Numbered from the stretch's first letter, positions 12,001 through 23,124 are shown. The stretch: DNA of 64,000 bases from Eledone cirrhosa (GCA_964016885.1 OZ024740.1:80972001-81036000); one strand, 5' to 3'. The notes: generated from the letters alone by a model not told the origin. Translations and numbers: made by a program.

Positions 12001-12518
12001 CGATGGATAACTTCCAGAAATCCCTCGCTTGGCAGTGCTACCGGGGGGCGCTGCCGGTTCGGGATAAACTCTACAGGCACGGAAGTGCTGTCAGACGAAC
12101 CTGCCCGAGATGCGCGCAGAGCGACGAAACCGTTCTGCACGCACTCGTCCAGTGTCCGTGCATTGCTGACTTGTGGGGTTATGTCGAACAGCTATTGTCG
12201 CGTGTAGAACGGATCCGGCTATCGTCCGAGTCCATAGTGAAGATTGACCCGCCGCCTTCTTTTGGTCAGGAAGGGCAGGCAATTTTCCTCTGCCTGGTGG
12301 CAGTAGCGAAAGAGGTTGCATGGTGGACCAGGTTGAAAGGACTGAAGACAGACACTTTTCTCTTCGGCCAATCCCTCATCAACTTCTTCAAGTTTCACTT
12401 GGAAAGGAAGGTGAGGGTGGAGAGAGAAGTGCTGCCCCCCAGTACATTTACTGAAAGGTGGGTGAATGTGGCGAGAATGGCCCGCGTGAGTGGGCCTACT
12501 CTGATCATGCGCCTGTAG
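9099..12518 (+). CDS. ORF2p: APE endonuclease + reverse transcriptase + C-terminal CCHC domain
   Basis: 1139 aa intact; SLNVRG, GDWN, IDR, SDH (APE); [26 protein letters not shown] (RT); CPRC...H...C. Confidence 0.97.
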   Translation: MAIRVGSLNVRGLGSPWKQGHLLNDLRSLGMDVIAISETRISDTRALAPIFDDYQIFASVSRPGMGGGVAVLFRKCLDLEVRSIFRDPDGKLVVLDVSNSEGGAFRLVAVYAPTGAGRPDFFRRLENFLLTSRPLLLIGDWNGILEARWDCVGVSDRSGGCKSLKYLISQFQLSDRYRLDFPNAPVWTWTNRIGSSRSYIDRIFIRKRDRNSVGCPHFKTVAYSDHKLVICMVDLDKTRRLGPSYWKLNMSFPARKAYRDRVNNLVKQKLTGGVVNNRWWGALKREIRATSIGFSKEVAIEKNRKEEGLIAKLDEAICSGIATDVLAARMALDHFFNAKHEGCIVRAKARALRNEGTKAARWARFAETQRGNKTTIRSLTDRDGHELSDSKQMCEAFRQHFARLFGRMGESETAADFSPYLDGLPRLSTADAERCEEPITSAEIQDALVGCSSRKSPGLDGLPYELYVNMPDLFSDLLEALYCNWQQNGSIPSSVSRGVVTLIRKDENKRDTLDNFRPITLLNTEFKILAKVLAKRLALVVKDLVGEAQTCAIPTRSIHDNLHLMRYIIERVGCKPGFGGALINLDQSKAFDRVDHRYLEAVLEAAGFGPVFRSWIAAMYSGIRSVVKVNGHLSEPFQISRSVRQGCPLSSLLYVLTLEPLLRKLELLQGIPLEPGRRKAASAYADDITVMVSDTSEIEVIRTHLEEYERLTGAKLNPEKSVGLQLGTWRGKSMPSNSVVGRWTDGPVKLLGVWFGPDLQVDKNWDEVTSRIANLTQKWAERKLSLKGRAEVANAYIASVIYYRLTVVPCPRPRLANLERLLFKFLWRGRVPLVRRSICCQHPLRGGLGMPWLMMRRHALRLRHLQIFCLNGEQVWSPFVRRAFPQLISLTELQSWVKKRPRLGDWHLECCQALTALCKVGNAVSGTSTQDFYRGLVEGKCDDVLGEALGVNEVELTSMFRRTFEPGTMDNFQKSLAWQCYRGALPVRDKLYRHGSAVRRTCPRCAQSDETVLHALVQCPCIADLWGYVEQLLSRVERIRLSSESIVKIDPPPSFGQEGQAIFLCLVAVAKEVAWWTRLKGLKTDTFLFGQSLINFFKFHLERKVRVEREVLPPSTFTERWVNVARMARVSGPTLIMRL

Positions 12519-13006
12519 GCTGGTGAATTCGAGAAGGAGAGGGGTGCCCTTCCCGGGTGCCCTAGGAGCGTCGGGTGGCTCAGGACTGGTGGGGTGCTTG
12601 AGTCAACCCTGGGTGGTGATCCCTCTTATTGGGGAACTTTCATTGTTGTATTTTTATTGTTATTTTGTTTTTGTTTTTTTGTTATTTATACTTACTCGAT
12701 CTCTATGTAAACCCCCACTGTCCCTGTCTATTGTGTTGTCCCCTATATGTCGGCCCTTGTGGCCAATAAATGAAATCATTATTATTATTATTATTGACGA
12801 AAGTGGATGTACGTTTTTTGAAGCTCCGTGAGTAAGCAATTTTTTGAGGATTAATTGTGGAGAATTGTTTATTTTTTTGTACCGCTGAAGCATTATAAGA
12901 CATTCATTTGTATCCTGTGAAGGAATAACTCATAATATTTGGGCCTTTTGGCCCAAATATTTGAACTTTATTTTGGAAAAATAATAATTTTTTTTCTCAA
13001 AAAAAC

Positions 13007-14464
13007 ATGGCGGAGCCACGCCCCCTAGAGGCGGGTCTGCTGTCGTGCAACGGCGACTTGAGCGTTGAGAGGAGAGGTGGGGCGAGGAGCGCCACCAGCA
13101 CGAGTGTGAGCAGCGACAGTGCCAACGGGCCGAGCGGCGCGGAAGGTGGTAACAGCGACAACAACAACACCAACAAGCCGAACAGCGCAGAAGGTGGTAA
13201 TAGCGAGAGCACCAACAAAACGAACAGCACAGAGAGTAATAGTAGCGACAGCAGCAGCACCAACAAGGCCAACAGCACAGAGGGTAACCACGACACAGGG
13301 GAGAACAACAACAGCAATAGCAGCAGCAACACCAACAAGAACAACAACAGTGACAACACCAGCAAGAACACCTTCGCTGCTGTGGCAGCGGCTAAAAGGA
13401 GACCATGCTACAGCATCGACTTAACCAACAGAGAGGAAAAGTTGGCCCAGGCCTGGAAAATCATAAATCAAGAGCAGACCTGGGCAAACTTAACTGTCCC
13501 GGCAGAAGCCATTGAGGCAGTGGAAAAAAGAACGGTGCATTTCAGATGCATCTCAGTAGAGACAAAGAGGGCAGCGATAATCGCCCAAGCTGATATAGAA
13601 GCCGCACTGAAATACATCAGAGAGGACACAGACTTCATAGAGAGGGGCAGGCAATACGGCACCGCTTCGGTGCTGTTCAAGTCTGAAGCCCTCGCTGTGA
13701 AGCATTCAATGACCCCTTGCAAAATCAGCAAGGTCATAATGTACCCCACCCACATGGGAAAACGAATAGCACGTGTGCGCATTCCCAGGATTCCACCAGG
13801 ACTTGATATGTGGTGGCTCCCGGGTTGCGTAATCGTGGAAGGAACGGATACAGTCCCTGTAGAGGCAACGAGAACTGCCAGGGACGACTGGTCCGGGGAT
13901 GATCTGGAGATACTGCTCCAAATCAGACCCGAAAACGTAAAAGCAATCCCGGACCACATCCGCCTCCAAAACGGGAGAGTGTTGCATATAATGACTGAGG
14001 GCAAAAGGCCGCATTGTTTCCTTTGTGGGAAAACGACACACTTGCGAGCCTTCTGCCCTCAACTGCCGAAAAGCGCAAGGGGTCGAAAGATTCCACTGCT
14101 GGCGACGCCGGGACAAGGACCACCAGCAACACCGTCAACAATGGAACCACCAAAATTGCACACCCAGGGGGGAAACGAGGAAAGCTCTCCCATTCCCCCT
14201 CCCCCCCAAAATACACACACGAACAAGAACATAAACACTCACTCAGACACGAACACGCTCTCAGCCACAGACCCCTCATCCTCCAGCAGTGAAGATGAGG
14301 GAAAACCAAAGTCCCCCAAATACAAAAAACAAAACACAAAAAAAAAAGAAATCCACAAAGCACAAACACCCCCACAAAAAAAATACACACACCACCCACA
14401 CAAACATTTTCCCCACAGCATCACCAACACAACCACCAAAATCCCCCAAACGCAAACAAGCTAA
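13007..14464 (+). CDS. Tx1-like ORF1p (copy 2)
   Basis: Identical to 7167-8624; +1-frame continuation at 14289-14909. Confidence 0.85.
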   Translation: MAEPRPLEAGLLSCNGDLSVERRGGARSATSTSVSSDSANGPSGAEGGNSDNNNTNKPNSAEGGNSESTNKTNSTESNSSDSSSTNKANSTEGNHDTGENNNSNSSSNTNKNNNSDNTSKNTFAAVAAAKRRPCYSIDLTNREEKLAQAWKIINQEQTWANLTVPAEAIEAVEKRTVHFRCISVETKRAAIIAQADIEAALKYIREDTDFIERGRQYGTASVLFKSEALAVKHSMTPCKISKVIMYPTHMGKRIARVRIPRIPPGLDMWWLPGCVIVEGTDTVPVEATRTARDDWSGDDLEILLQIRPENVKAIPDHIRLQNGRVLHIMTEGKRPHCFLCGKTTHLRAFCPQLPKSARGRKIPLLATPGQGPPATPSTMEPPKLHTQGGNEESSPIPPPPQNTHTNKNINTHSDTNTLSATDPSSSSSEDEGKPKSPKYKKQNTKKKEIHKAQTPPQKKYTHHPHKHFPHSITNTTTKIPQTQTS

Positions 14465-14938
14465 ACAGACACAAGAACAAATAGACACACAAACATCAGA
14501 AACTACAGACACCCCACCCACAACAAACGCAGACACAATAGAAACAACACTAACAAAGCTATCACCACCACAATCACACGAACAAATAAAACCCGAGCAA
14601 CAAAACATTAAAAACTTCGTGCTTGCCAGAAGGGCCAACAAGGAATTGATGGCCCATGTAGCACGAAGCACAAACATCGAAAAAGACGGGGAAACATTTG
14701 AAGCGAGCACATTTCGCGTACCAGATAATTTGCTTCTGATGCGAATGTTGCTCGCTTCATACAAAGAAATTCGAAAGAGCTTTCCTCGGGATGTGGGAAC
14801 CCCGAACGTAAAACCCACGTCAAGACTATTAAAGGGGTTCCCAAAAGAAACCCCACAAACCATGGAGGTCGAACCACCCGACCTTCACAAGACCCCGGAA
14901 GGTAAGTAAACCTTTCCTCTCCCATTCATCCTGCCAGC

Positions 14939-17900
14939 ATGGCCATAAGAGTAGGAAGTTTAAATGTTCGTGGCCTGGGGTCGCCCTGGAAGCAAGGTCA
15001 CTTGCTCAACGACCTCAGGTCACTAGGAATGGATGTAATTGCCATCAGCGAGACCAGAATTTCCGACACACGCGCACTGGCGCCGATTTTCGACGATTAT
15101 CAGATCTTTGCATCTGTTAGTCGGCCGGGAATGGGAGGTGGAGTGGCTGTGCTGTTTAGGAAATGTCTGGATCTCGAGGTAAGGTCAATCTTCCGGGATC
15201 CTGACGGAAAGTTGGTGGTCCTGGACGTGAGCAATAGCGAAGGTGGTGCCTTTAGACTGGTGGCCGTCTACGCCCCTACTGGGGCCGGTCGGCCGGACTT
15301 CTTTAGGCGCCTGGAAAACTTTCTGCTTACGTCTCGACCTTTACTGTTAATAGGGGATTGGAATGGCATCTTAGAAGCACGCTGGGATTGTGTGGGAGTA
15401 TCTGATAGGAGCGGGGGGTGCAAAAGCCTCAAGTACCTGATCAGCCAGTTTCAACTGTCTGACAGGTACCGACTAGATTTCCCTAATGCGCCAGTATGGA
15501 CCTGGACCAATCGCATAGGGTCATCTAGATCGTACATAGATAGGATTTTCATTAGGAAAAGAGATAGAAATAGTGTAGGATGTCCACATTTTAAAACGGT
15601 TGCCTATTCAGATCACAAGCTTGTGATCTGTATGGTCGACCTAGATAAGACACGTAGGTTAGGACCTAGCTACTGGAAGCTAAACATGTCGTTTCCGGCA
15701 CGTAAAGCTTACAGGGACCGGGTCAACAACTTAGTTAAGCAAAAGTTGACAGGGGGGGTTGTCAACAACAGGTGGTGGGGGGCACTCAAAAGAGAGATTA
15801 GAGCAACCTCGATAGGATTTAGCAAAGAAGTAGCAATAGAGAAAAATAGAAAGGAGGAGGGGCTGATAGCTAAGTTAGACGAGGCTATTTGTAGTGGCAT
15901 TGCAACAGACGTGCTAGCGGCGAGAATGGCACTAGACCATTTCTTCAATGCGAAACACGAAGGTTGCATTGTCAGAGCTAAGGCGCGTGCTCTGAGGAAC
16001 GAGGGAACCAAAGCTGCCCGATGGGCTCGCTTTGCAGAGACGCAGCGTGGAAATAAAACCACAATTCGGTCTTTGACGGATCGAGATGGACACGAACTGA
16101 GCGATTCCAAGCAGATGTGTGAGGCCTTTCGCCAGCACTTTGCTCGATTGTTCGGGAGGATGGGTGAGTCGGAGACGGCGGCGGACTTCAGTCCCTACCT
16201 CGACGGCTTGCCACGCCTCTCGACGGCCGACGCTGAGCGCTGCGAAGAGCCGATAACATCAGCCGAAATTCAGGACGCCCTTGTCGGCTGCTCGAGTCGC
16301 AAGTCACCCGGTTTGGATGGTCTGCCCTACGAGCTTTACGTAAATATGCCAGACTTGTTCTCCGATCTCCTCGAAGCGCTCTACTGCAACTGGCAGCAGA
16401 ACGGGAGCATTCCCAGTTCTGTGAGCCGTGGCGTAGTGACGCTGATAAGGAAAGACGAGAACAAGAGGGACACACTAGATAATTTCAGGCCCATAACCCT
16501 GCTCAACACAGAGTTTAAGATTTTGGCCAAGGTGTTAGCGAAAAGGTTGGCGCTTGTCGTCAAAGATTTGGTTGGGGAGGCGCAAACTTGCGCAATCCCG
16601 ACCAGGTCCATACACGACAACCTCCACCTCATGCGATACATCATAGAGAGGGTTGGGTGCAAACCTGGCTTCGGTGGGGCTCTGATCAATTTAGATCAAT
16701 CGAAAGCATTCGATAGGGTCGACCATCGGTACTTGGAGGCTGTCCTCGAGGCGGCTGGCTTCGGCCCCGTCTTCAGAAGCTGGATCGCTGCAATGTACAG
16801 CGGCATCCGCTCGGTGGTCAAAGTTAATGGCCACCTCTCGGAACCGTTTCAGATCTCTCGATCGGTCCGTCAAGGGTGCCCTCTCTCCTCACTTCTGTAC
16901 GTATTGACTCTTGAGCCTCTACTGCGGAAGCTGGAGTTGTTGCAGGGCATCCCGCTCGAACCGGGACGTAGAAAGGCTGCGTCCGCTTATGCGGACGACA
17001 TCACCGTGATGGTGTCGGACACCTCGGAAATCGAGGTGATCCGCACCCATTTGGAGGAATATGAAAGGTTGACGGGAGCAAAACTTAACCCGGAAAAGTC
17101 GGTGGGCTTGCAGCTCGGCACCTGGAGAGGCAAGTCCATGCCGTCCAACAGCGTCGTTGGGCGCTGGACAGACGGACCGGTAAAGTTGCTCGGGGTTTGG
17201 TTCGGACCAGACCTCCAGGTGGATAAGAATTGGGACGAGGTGACGAGCAGGATAGCCAACCTCACCCAGAAATGGGCTGAGAGAAAGCTATCACTGAAAG
17301 GGCGGGCGGAGGTGGCGAACGCGTACATCGCGTCCGTCATCTACTACCGCCTGACCGTCGTGCCTTGCCCCCGTCCACGCCTCGCCAATTTGGAACGGCT
17401 CCTTTTCAAATTTTTGTGGAGGGGACGGGTCCCGTTGGTGAGGCGGTCCATCTGCTGCCAGCACCCTCTTCGTGGAGGGCTGGGCATGCCGTGGCTAATG
17501 ATGCGCAGACATGCGCTGAGGCTGCGACATCTCCAGATATTTTGCCTAAACGGTGAACAGGTGTGGTCGCCGTTTGTTAGACGGGCCTTTCCGCAGCTCA
17601 TCTCTTTGACTGAGCTGCAGTCCTGGGTCAAGAAGAGACCGAGACTGGGCGACTGGCATCTGGAATGTTGCCAGGCGCTCACTGCACTCTGCAAGGTGGG
17701 CAATGCGGTCAGTGGAACTTCCACTCAAGATTTCTATAGAGGATTAGTGGAGGGCAAGTGCGATGACGTACTAGGAGAGGCTCTGGGCGTCAACGAAGTA
17801 GAACTGACCAGTATGTTCCGGAGGACTTTCGAGCCGGGGACGATGGATAACTTCCAGAAATCCCTCGCTTGGCAGTGCTACCGGGGGGCGCTGCCGGTTC

Positions 17901-18358
17901 GGGATAAACTCTACAGGCACGGAAGTGCTGTCAGACGAACCTGCCCGAGATGCGCGCAGAGCGACGAAACCGTTCTGCACGCACTCGTCCAGTGTCCGTG
18001 CATTGCTGACTTGTGGGGTTATGTCGAACAGCTATTGTCGCGTGTAGAACGGATCCGGCTATCGTCCGAGTCCATAGTGAAGATTGACCCGCCGCCTTCT
18101 TTTGGTCAGGAAGGGCAGGCAATTTTCCTCTGCCTGGTGGCAGTAGCGAAAGAGGTTGCATGGTGGACCAGGTTGAAAGGACTGAAGACAGACACTTTTC
18201 TCTTCGGCCAATCCCTCATCAACTTCTTCAAGTTTCACTTGGAAAGGAAGGTGAGGGTGGAGAGAGAAGTGCTGCCCCCCAGTACATTTACTGAAAGGTG
18301 GGTGAATGTGGCGAGAATGGCCCGCGTGAGTGGGCCTACTCTGATCATGCGCCTGTAG
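14939..18358 (+). CDS. ORF2p APE-RT-CCHC (copy 2)
   Basis: Identical 1139-aa translation to 9099-12518. Confidence 0.97.
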   Translation: MAIRVGSLNVRGLGSPWKQGHLLNDLRSLGMDVIAISETRISDTRALAPIFDDYQIFASVSRPGMGGGVAVLFRKCLDLEVRSIFRDPDGKLVVLDVSNSEGGAFRLVAVYAPTGAGRPDFFRRLENFLLTSRPLLLIGDWNGILEARWDCVGVSDRSGGCKSLKYLISQFQLSDRYRLDFPNAPVWTWTNRIGSSRSYIDRIFIRKRDRNSVGCPHFKTVAYSDHKLVICMVDLDKTRRLGPSYWKLNMSFPARKAYRDRVNNLVKQKLTGGVVNNRWWGALKREIRATSIGFSKEVAIEKNRKEEGLIAKLDEAICSGIATDVLAARMALDHFFNAKHEGCIVRAKARALRNEGTKAARWARFAETQRGNKTTIRSLTDRDGHELSDSKQMCEAFRQHFARLFGRMGESETAADFSPYLDGLPRLSTADAERCEEPITSAEIQDALVGCSSRKSPGLDGLPYELYVNMPDLFSDLLEALYCNWQQNGSIPSSVSRGVVTLIRKDENKRDTLDNFRPITLLNTEFKILAKVLAKRLALVVKDLVGEAQTCAIPTRSIHDNLHLMRYIIERVGCKPGFGGALINLDQSKAFDRVDHRYLEAVLEAAGFGPVFRSWIAAMYSGIRSVVKVNGHLSEPFQISRSVRQGCPLSSLLYVLTLEPLLRKLELLQGIPLEPGRRKAASAYADDITVMVSDTSEIEVIRTHLEEYERLTGAKLNPEKSVGLQLGTWRGKSMPSNSVVGRWTDGPVKLLGVWFGPDLQVDKNWDEVTSRIANLTQKWAERKLSLKGRAEVANAYIASVIYYRLTVVPCPRPRLANLERLLFKFLWRGRVPLVRRSICCQHPLRGGLGMPWLMMRRHALRLRHLQIFCLNGEQVWSPFVRRAFPQLISLTELQSWVKKRPRLGDWHLECCQALTALCKVGNAVSGTSTQDFYRGLVEGKCDDVLGEALGVNEVELTSMFRRTFEPGTMDNFQKSLAWQCYRGALPVRDKLYRHGSAVRRTCPRCAQSDETVLHALVQCPCIADLWGYVEQLLSRVERIRLSSESIVKIDPPPSFGQEGQAIFLCLVAVAKEVAWWTRLKGLKTDTFLFGQSLINFFKFHLERKVRVEREVLPPSTFTERWVNVARMARVSGPTLIMRL

Positions 18359-18675
18359 GCTGGTGAATTCGAGAAGGAGAGGGGTGCCCTTCCCGGGTGC
18401 CCTAGGAGCGTCGGGTGGCTCAGGACTGGTGGGGTGCTTGAGTCAACCCTGGGTGGTGATCCCTCTTATTGGGGAACTTTCATTGTTGTATTTTTATTGT
18501 TATTTTGTTTTTTTGTTATTTATACTTACTCGATCTCTATGTAAACCCCCACTGTCCCTGTCTATTGTGTTGTCCCCTATATGTCGGCCCTTGTGGCCAA
18601 TAAATGAAATCATTATTATTATTGTTATTAATATATGTGTATGTATATATATATATGTGTGTGTATATATATGTA

Positions 18676-18748
<73 letters not shown>

Positions 18749-18929
18749 ATACACACACATACATACATATATATATATACATACATATATATATATACAT
18801 ACACATATATTAATAACAACAATAATAATAACGACAACAACAACAATAATAATATACATATACATATATATATATATACACACAACACACGCACACACAT
18901 AAACATATCTACACACACACACACACGAT

Positions 18930-20122
18930 GGCAACTAACAGCGCTGCGATCGAATGTGGCTTTTTATCCCAGTCAATGATCTAAAATGTCTTGCACAGAG
19001 TCGGCAACCAAAACATTCACTGGGAATAGCCGGCTGTGGTTGGAGTTCATGTACTTTTGCATGTCGCTTGAGCCCTCCTGCTGATTTACATTCTCTACCA
19101 TATACTTGGCAAGCATGATGAGTAGCATCTCCAAAAGCAGCCTGGTAGTCAACCACTGGTCTTACTTTATGACTGCAAGATGACTTTCGAGTCCAGCTTT
19201 CTTTAGGCAGAGTCTCGCACAGACACTGCATCTCAGCACTATAGGAGGACCCTCGCCGTCTGGAAGTGAAACAGCAATGCCCTTCCTCACATCCCGCTTT
19301 AATTTCTCGTATGCGATTCGAGATGCCTCAAAGGCAACTTTTCTCTCAGATACAGTCTTTCTCCATTTATTACGATCAGCAGCAATATTTTCCCATGTAT
19401 CAGCAGAGTTGTTAGCGTCTTTCAAAGAGGCTTTCAAGGAATCCTTATACCCCTTTTTGGTTTATGTGGCGGTCGTTTTCCTTTAACTAACTCTCCATAA
19501 ATGAGTTGTATTGGTATTCTAGAATCCTTCATCCTGGCAAAGTGACCACTCCAACGGAGTCGTTATTTAAGCACAAGAGCTTCTATACTGTCACACATAG
19601 AGCTTTCCAAAATCTTGACATCACTGATGTGGTCCCTCCAGTGAACGCCATGGATCCGTCTGAGACACATCTGATGGAAACGCTCCAATTGCTTAAGGTG
19701 GTGTCGATATGTGACCCAGGTCTCGCAGGCATAAAGAAGACAAGAGAGCACACATGACTTGTAAACCTTTACCTTTACTGCATATGTCTCGCCGCCCCCA
19801 GAGTCACCTTTCTAGCTATCCGAAAGCATCACATCCTAAGTGAGATTTCACTATCAAGGTTGCTGTATCGATTGACAGTGCTTCCCAGGTAGACGAACTA
19901 ATCAACCACTCCAAGTCGTTTACCATACAGATAGATATTTGGTTCAGTGTACTGCTTACCAGGGGTAGGTTGGTACATGACGACGGTTTTCTTGAGACTG
20001 ACAGTCAATCCTAGGGCAGTGCAAGCGTCAGAAAATGCATTCAAAATGTGCTGCATATCACTCTCTGTGTGCGCTACAAGATCGCAATCATCTGCATACA
20101 AGAGCTCTCTTATGATTGATGT
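18930..20122 (-). mobile_element. 5'-truncated, frameshifted RTE (BovB-like) LINE with C-terminal C2H2-like fingers
   Basis: IRELLYADDCDLVAH...GLTVSLKKTVVMYQP; LLYACETW...LERFHQMCLRRI; TWENIAADRNKWR; [17 protein letters not shown]. Confidence 0.9.
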
Positions 20123-20363
20123 AAATACTTTATATACATATACACACATACATACTTACACACATATACACACACAAGAAATACATAAAAAATTATTTTC
20201 AATTTTATGCATATATATATATATATATATGTGCAAAAGTTCTATTTAAATTGTTGGGATACAACAAGTAAATATTTTTATAACTGATATAAAGCACTCG
20301 ACAAGTATTTGGAGTAGATATACGATATTAACAAATGGAAACTATATTTATAAAACTATATTT

Positions 20364-20426
20364 ATTTCATTATACATATTTCAAGGATACCAAGTTAAAT
20401 TATGGTATGCCTTCGTCAGACAAAAT
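20364..20426 (-). ncRNA. Type I hammerhead ribozyme (family C, left arm)
   Basis: attttgt-CTGACGA-aggcatacca taatttaact tggtatcctt-GAAA-tatgta-TA-atgaaat. Confidence 0.78.
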
Positions 20427-20606
20427 ACAATATATACCAGTTTTATAAATAAACATTGACGTACCCTTTCAAAATGCGACCGTTACTTTTGGAAGACATC
20501 AGGATATCCTGATGTCATCCAGAAGTAACGGTCGCATTTTGAAAGGGTACGTCAATGTTTATTTATAAAACTGGTATATATTGTATATAAAACTGATATA
20601 TATTGT

Positions 20607-20669
20607 ATTTTGTCTGATGAAGCCATACCACAATTTAACTTGGTATCCTTGAAATATGTATAATGAAAT
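20607..20669 (+). ncRNA. Type I hammerhead ribozyme (family C, right arm)
   Basis: attttgt-CTGATGA-agccatacca...tggtatcctt-GAAA-tatgta-TA-atgaaat. Confidence 0.75.
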
Positions 20670-20735
20670 AAATATGGTTTTATAAATATAGTTTCCATTT
20701 GTTAATATCGTATATATATATATATATATATATAT

Positions 20736-20955
20736 GGTGGCTGCCAACTCGTTTTCGAAATACGGCCACCACTTTATATCCATGTAGGAGAACCCCTACC
20801 GATGCGCTGAACGAGTGTGACTTTTTAGTCCAACACTACACTTGTGACAATTATTGACACATAGTGCTGGTCCCTTGGTACCATGTGACGACAAGTGCAG
20901 AGAGATCTCCATATATAAAGCAATGCTTGTGCCGTGAAGCTTTTATAGTGAGCAA
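20736..20955. repeat. Dispersed multi-hairpin repeat (second copy ~61093-61317)
   Basis: ggtggctgccaactcgttttcga...gaagcttttatagtgagcaa shared between both loci. Confidence 0.8.
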
Positions 20956-21029
20956 AGGCACTGCACAAAGCCAGTCCCACTTCTTAACCAAGATGATATT
21001 TACCAAAAAGAAGAACTAGTCAACATCAT

Positions 21030-21315
21030 TGGATACCATCAGGGTTACAGGTGTTATATCAAAGTTTTCCTTCTCCTAGAATTCTGCCTTGACAAAGGCT
21101 AAGGGGTCATCTCTCCCGGTGATTTTGGATGGTCATTGACTCTTAAGAGCTCCTTTGCACTTTGACGGGTTTTGTTTTTAGTTCTGCAGGATGTCCGAAG
21201 TCACCCTCCTCACCAAGAAACCTTGGTGGGGTTGCCAGTTTAGTCGCCAACGACCCGACCATGGGACAGGTTGTACTGGAATACATGTTACCAGTAGCAC
21301 CAACTGGTGACCTGA
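21030..21315 (-). mobile_element. Probable 5' leader fragment of an RTE-type LINE
   Basis: Reverse strand tagcctttgtcaaggcagaattctaggagaaggaaaact resembles, from recall, a motif in RTE/Expander 5' regions; not verified. Confidence 0.4.
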
Positions 21316-21384
21316 CATATATATATATATATATGTGTATATATATACATATGTGTGTGTGTATATATATATATATATATAAAT

Positions 21385-21565
21385 AATTGTTCTACTTTTG
21401 GCACAAGGCCAACAAATACCCAGTACATTACTGGCACTTTATTTCATCGACCCCTTAAGGATGAAAGGCAAAGTTAACCTCGGCGGGATTTGAACTCAGA
21501 TCGTAAAGGAACATAACTCTTTGCGTCAAAGCATGGCGTCCGACCCTCTACTGATACTGCCAAAT
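21385..21565 (-). mobile_element. tRNA-derived SINE (same family as 5125)
   Basis: ttgttctacttttggcacaaggcc...gatttgaactcagatcg...gatactgccaa. Confidence 0.88.
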
Positions 21566-21824
21566 GTTTACACATATATATATACATGTGTATATATATA
21601 TATATATACATCATTATTTTACGTCGTTTATATGTTTACACATATATATATACATGTGTATATATATATATATATATATACATCATTATTTTACGTCGGC
21701 TTTTCCGTTTGCAAGGGTGGGACTGGAACTGATTCTGGTTTGATTTCTACAGTGTGGGCTGGGTGTTTTTTTGACGTGGCATCTCCACGACCACTTTGCA
21801 GTGGAATGATAGGGACCCTAGTCC

Positions 21825-21895
21825 TATCATCTCATTTCTACAGCTGAGTAAACTGGAGCAATGTGAAATAAAGTGTCTTGCTCAAGGAAACAACA
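21825..21895 (-). mobile_element. Fragment of a second SINE type (CORE-like)
   Basis: gagtaaactggagcaatgtgaaataaagtgtcttgctcaaggaaacaac; a related fragment is at ~54380-54450 (+). Confidence 0.5.
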
Positions 21896-21930
21896 TATAT
21901 ATGTACATTACATATTTATATATGCAATGT

Positions 21931-21961
<31 letters not shown>

Positions 21962-22035
21962 CATACATGTAAATACATATGTACATTACATATACATATA
22001 CATGCATGTACATACATATATATGTACATTACATA

Positions 22036-22107
<72 letters not shown>

Positions 22108-22124
22108 CATATATACACATACAT

Positions 22125-22565
22125 ATATGAATGTATATATAGTGAATGTGTATATATAGTGTATTTTGCAATACACTTTATGCTTAATTATGCTTAATTA
22201 AAAGCATTTTGAAGACCTTATGCTATTGTTTTAGAGTAGTGACAGACTCACTTACTTTAATTTCAGCAAACAGGGGAGATAAAGCTGACAGGGCCTTGTT
22301 TCTGCATTTATTGATGCTTATCAAAGCCAACTACTCCCTCCCGTCTGCTGTAATTACGGATGTTATGTTCTTATAGAATTCTAGTAAATAATCAGGAACT
22401 GATTATACAGAGCGGTTTCCGGTCAAGCAGAAATCAAAAATTAGAGTTGCTGAAATTAAAGTAAGTGAGTCTGTCACTACTCTAAAACAATAGCATACGG
22501 TCTTCAAAATGTTTTAAATTAAGCTTAAAGTGTATTGAAAAATACACTATATATACATTCATATA
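22125..22565. mobile_element. Small non-coding element (family D) with ~120-140-bp inverted ends, in (TA)n
   Basis: 22448-22565 is the reverse complement of ~22140-22268; other copies at 26550-26800 and 37580-37978. Confidence 0.8.
22283..22328 (-). ncRNA. Variant hammerhead, U3-A8 core (family D)
   Basis: ggct-TTGATAA-gcat caataa atgc a-GAAA-caaggccctg-TC-agct. Confidence 0.7.
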
Positions 22566-22986
22566 TATATGGCTATTTCAGAGCACCAATTTATGGTAAG
22601 GTTGGTTGCCTTCTTCTACCCCTAAAATAAACTTCCATTACTACTATTTTACCATTTGGCCAATTATTACCTTTCTATTGGTCAATTCAAAACCTGTTCC
22701 CAAACAGACCTACTATATTAAATCTTTGTTGGTTTTATTCAATGAACAAATATAATTATTTCTGAGGTCAGCATATGACCTATTTTCATCCCTAAAATAA
22801 TCTTTCATTCATAGTATTCTTTCCATCCAAAACTGAAATCAACCTTCCTCTACCCATAAATTAAGGTTCTCTTACTACTATATTACTATCTTGACCTTCA
22901 CTATCTTTCTATTGGTCAATTCAAAAACTCTTCCCAAACAGATCTATTGTATTAAATCTTTGTTAGTTTTTTTCAATAAACAAATA

Positions 22987-23124
22987 TCATTATTTCTGAA
23001 GACAGCATATATATGTGTAGGTATGTATATTCCCTCTGATAGTTTGTAAACATTTTACATAGATCTATAGGATATGCATACCAACACTAACATATAAATC
23101 CTAGAAACGATCGTAAAATGATGA
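22987..23124 (+). ncRNA. Type I hammerhead with ~100-nt extended stem II (family E)
   Basis: tcattattt-CTGAAGA-[...gtatgtatattcc/ggatatgcatac...]-GAAA-cgatcg-TA-aaatgatga; 9-bp stem I, palindromic stem III. Confidence 0.75.

Larger units (their letters stand above)
6956..12795 (+). mobile_element. Full-length L1/Tx1-clade non-LTR retrotransposon, copy 1
   Basis: 5'UTR, ORF1 with CCHC knuckle, intact APE-RT-CCHC ORF2, AATAAA at 12765, (ATT)n tail. Repeated with 5840-bp period. Confidence 0.95.
12796..18623 (+). mobile_element. Full-length L1/Tx1-clade retrotransposon, copy 2 (tandem)
   Basis: Identical ORF translations to copy 1; only visible difference is a 6-bp deletion in the T-rich 3'UTR (~18510). 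Confidence 0.95.
20318..20714. repeat. ~395-bp loop-less palindrome carrying two hammerheads
   Basis: Centre gacatcaggat|atcctgatgtc at 20505/20506; arms complementary out to tacgatattaac...gttaatatcgta, with a ~20-bp duplication in the right arm. Confidence 0.92.
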
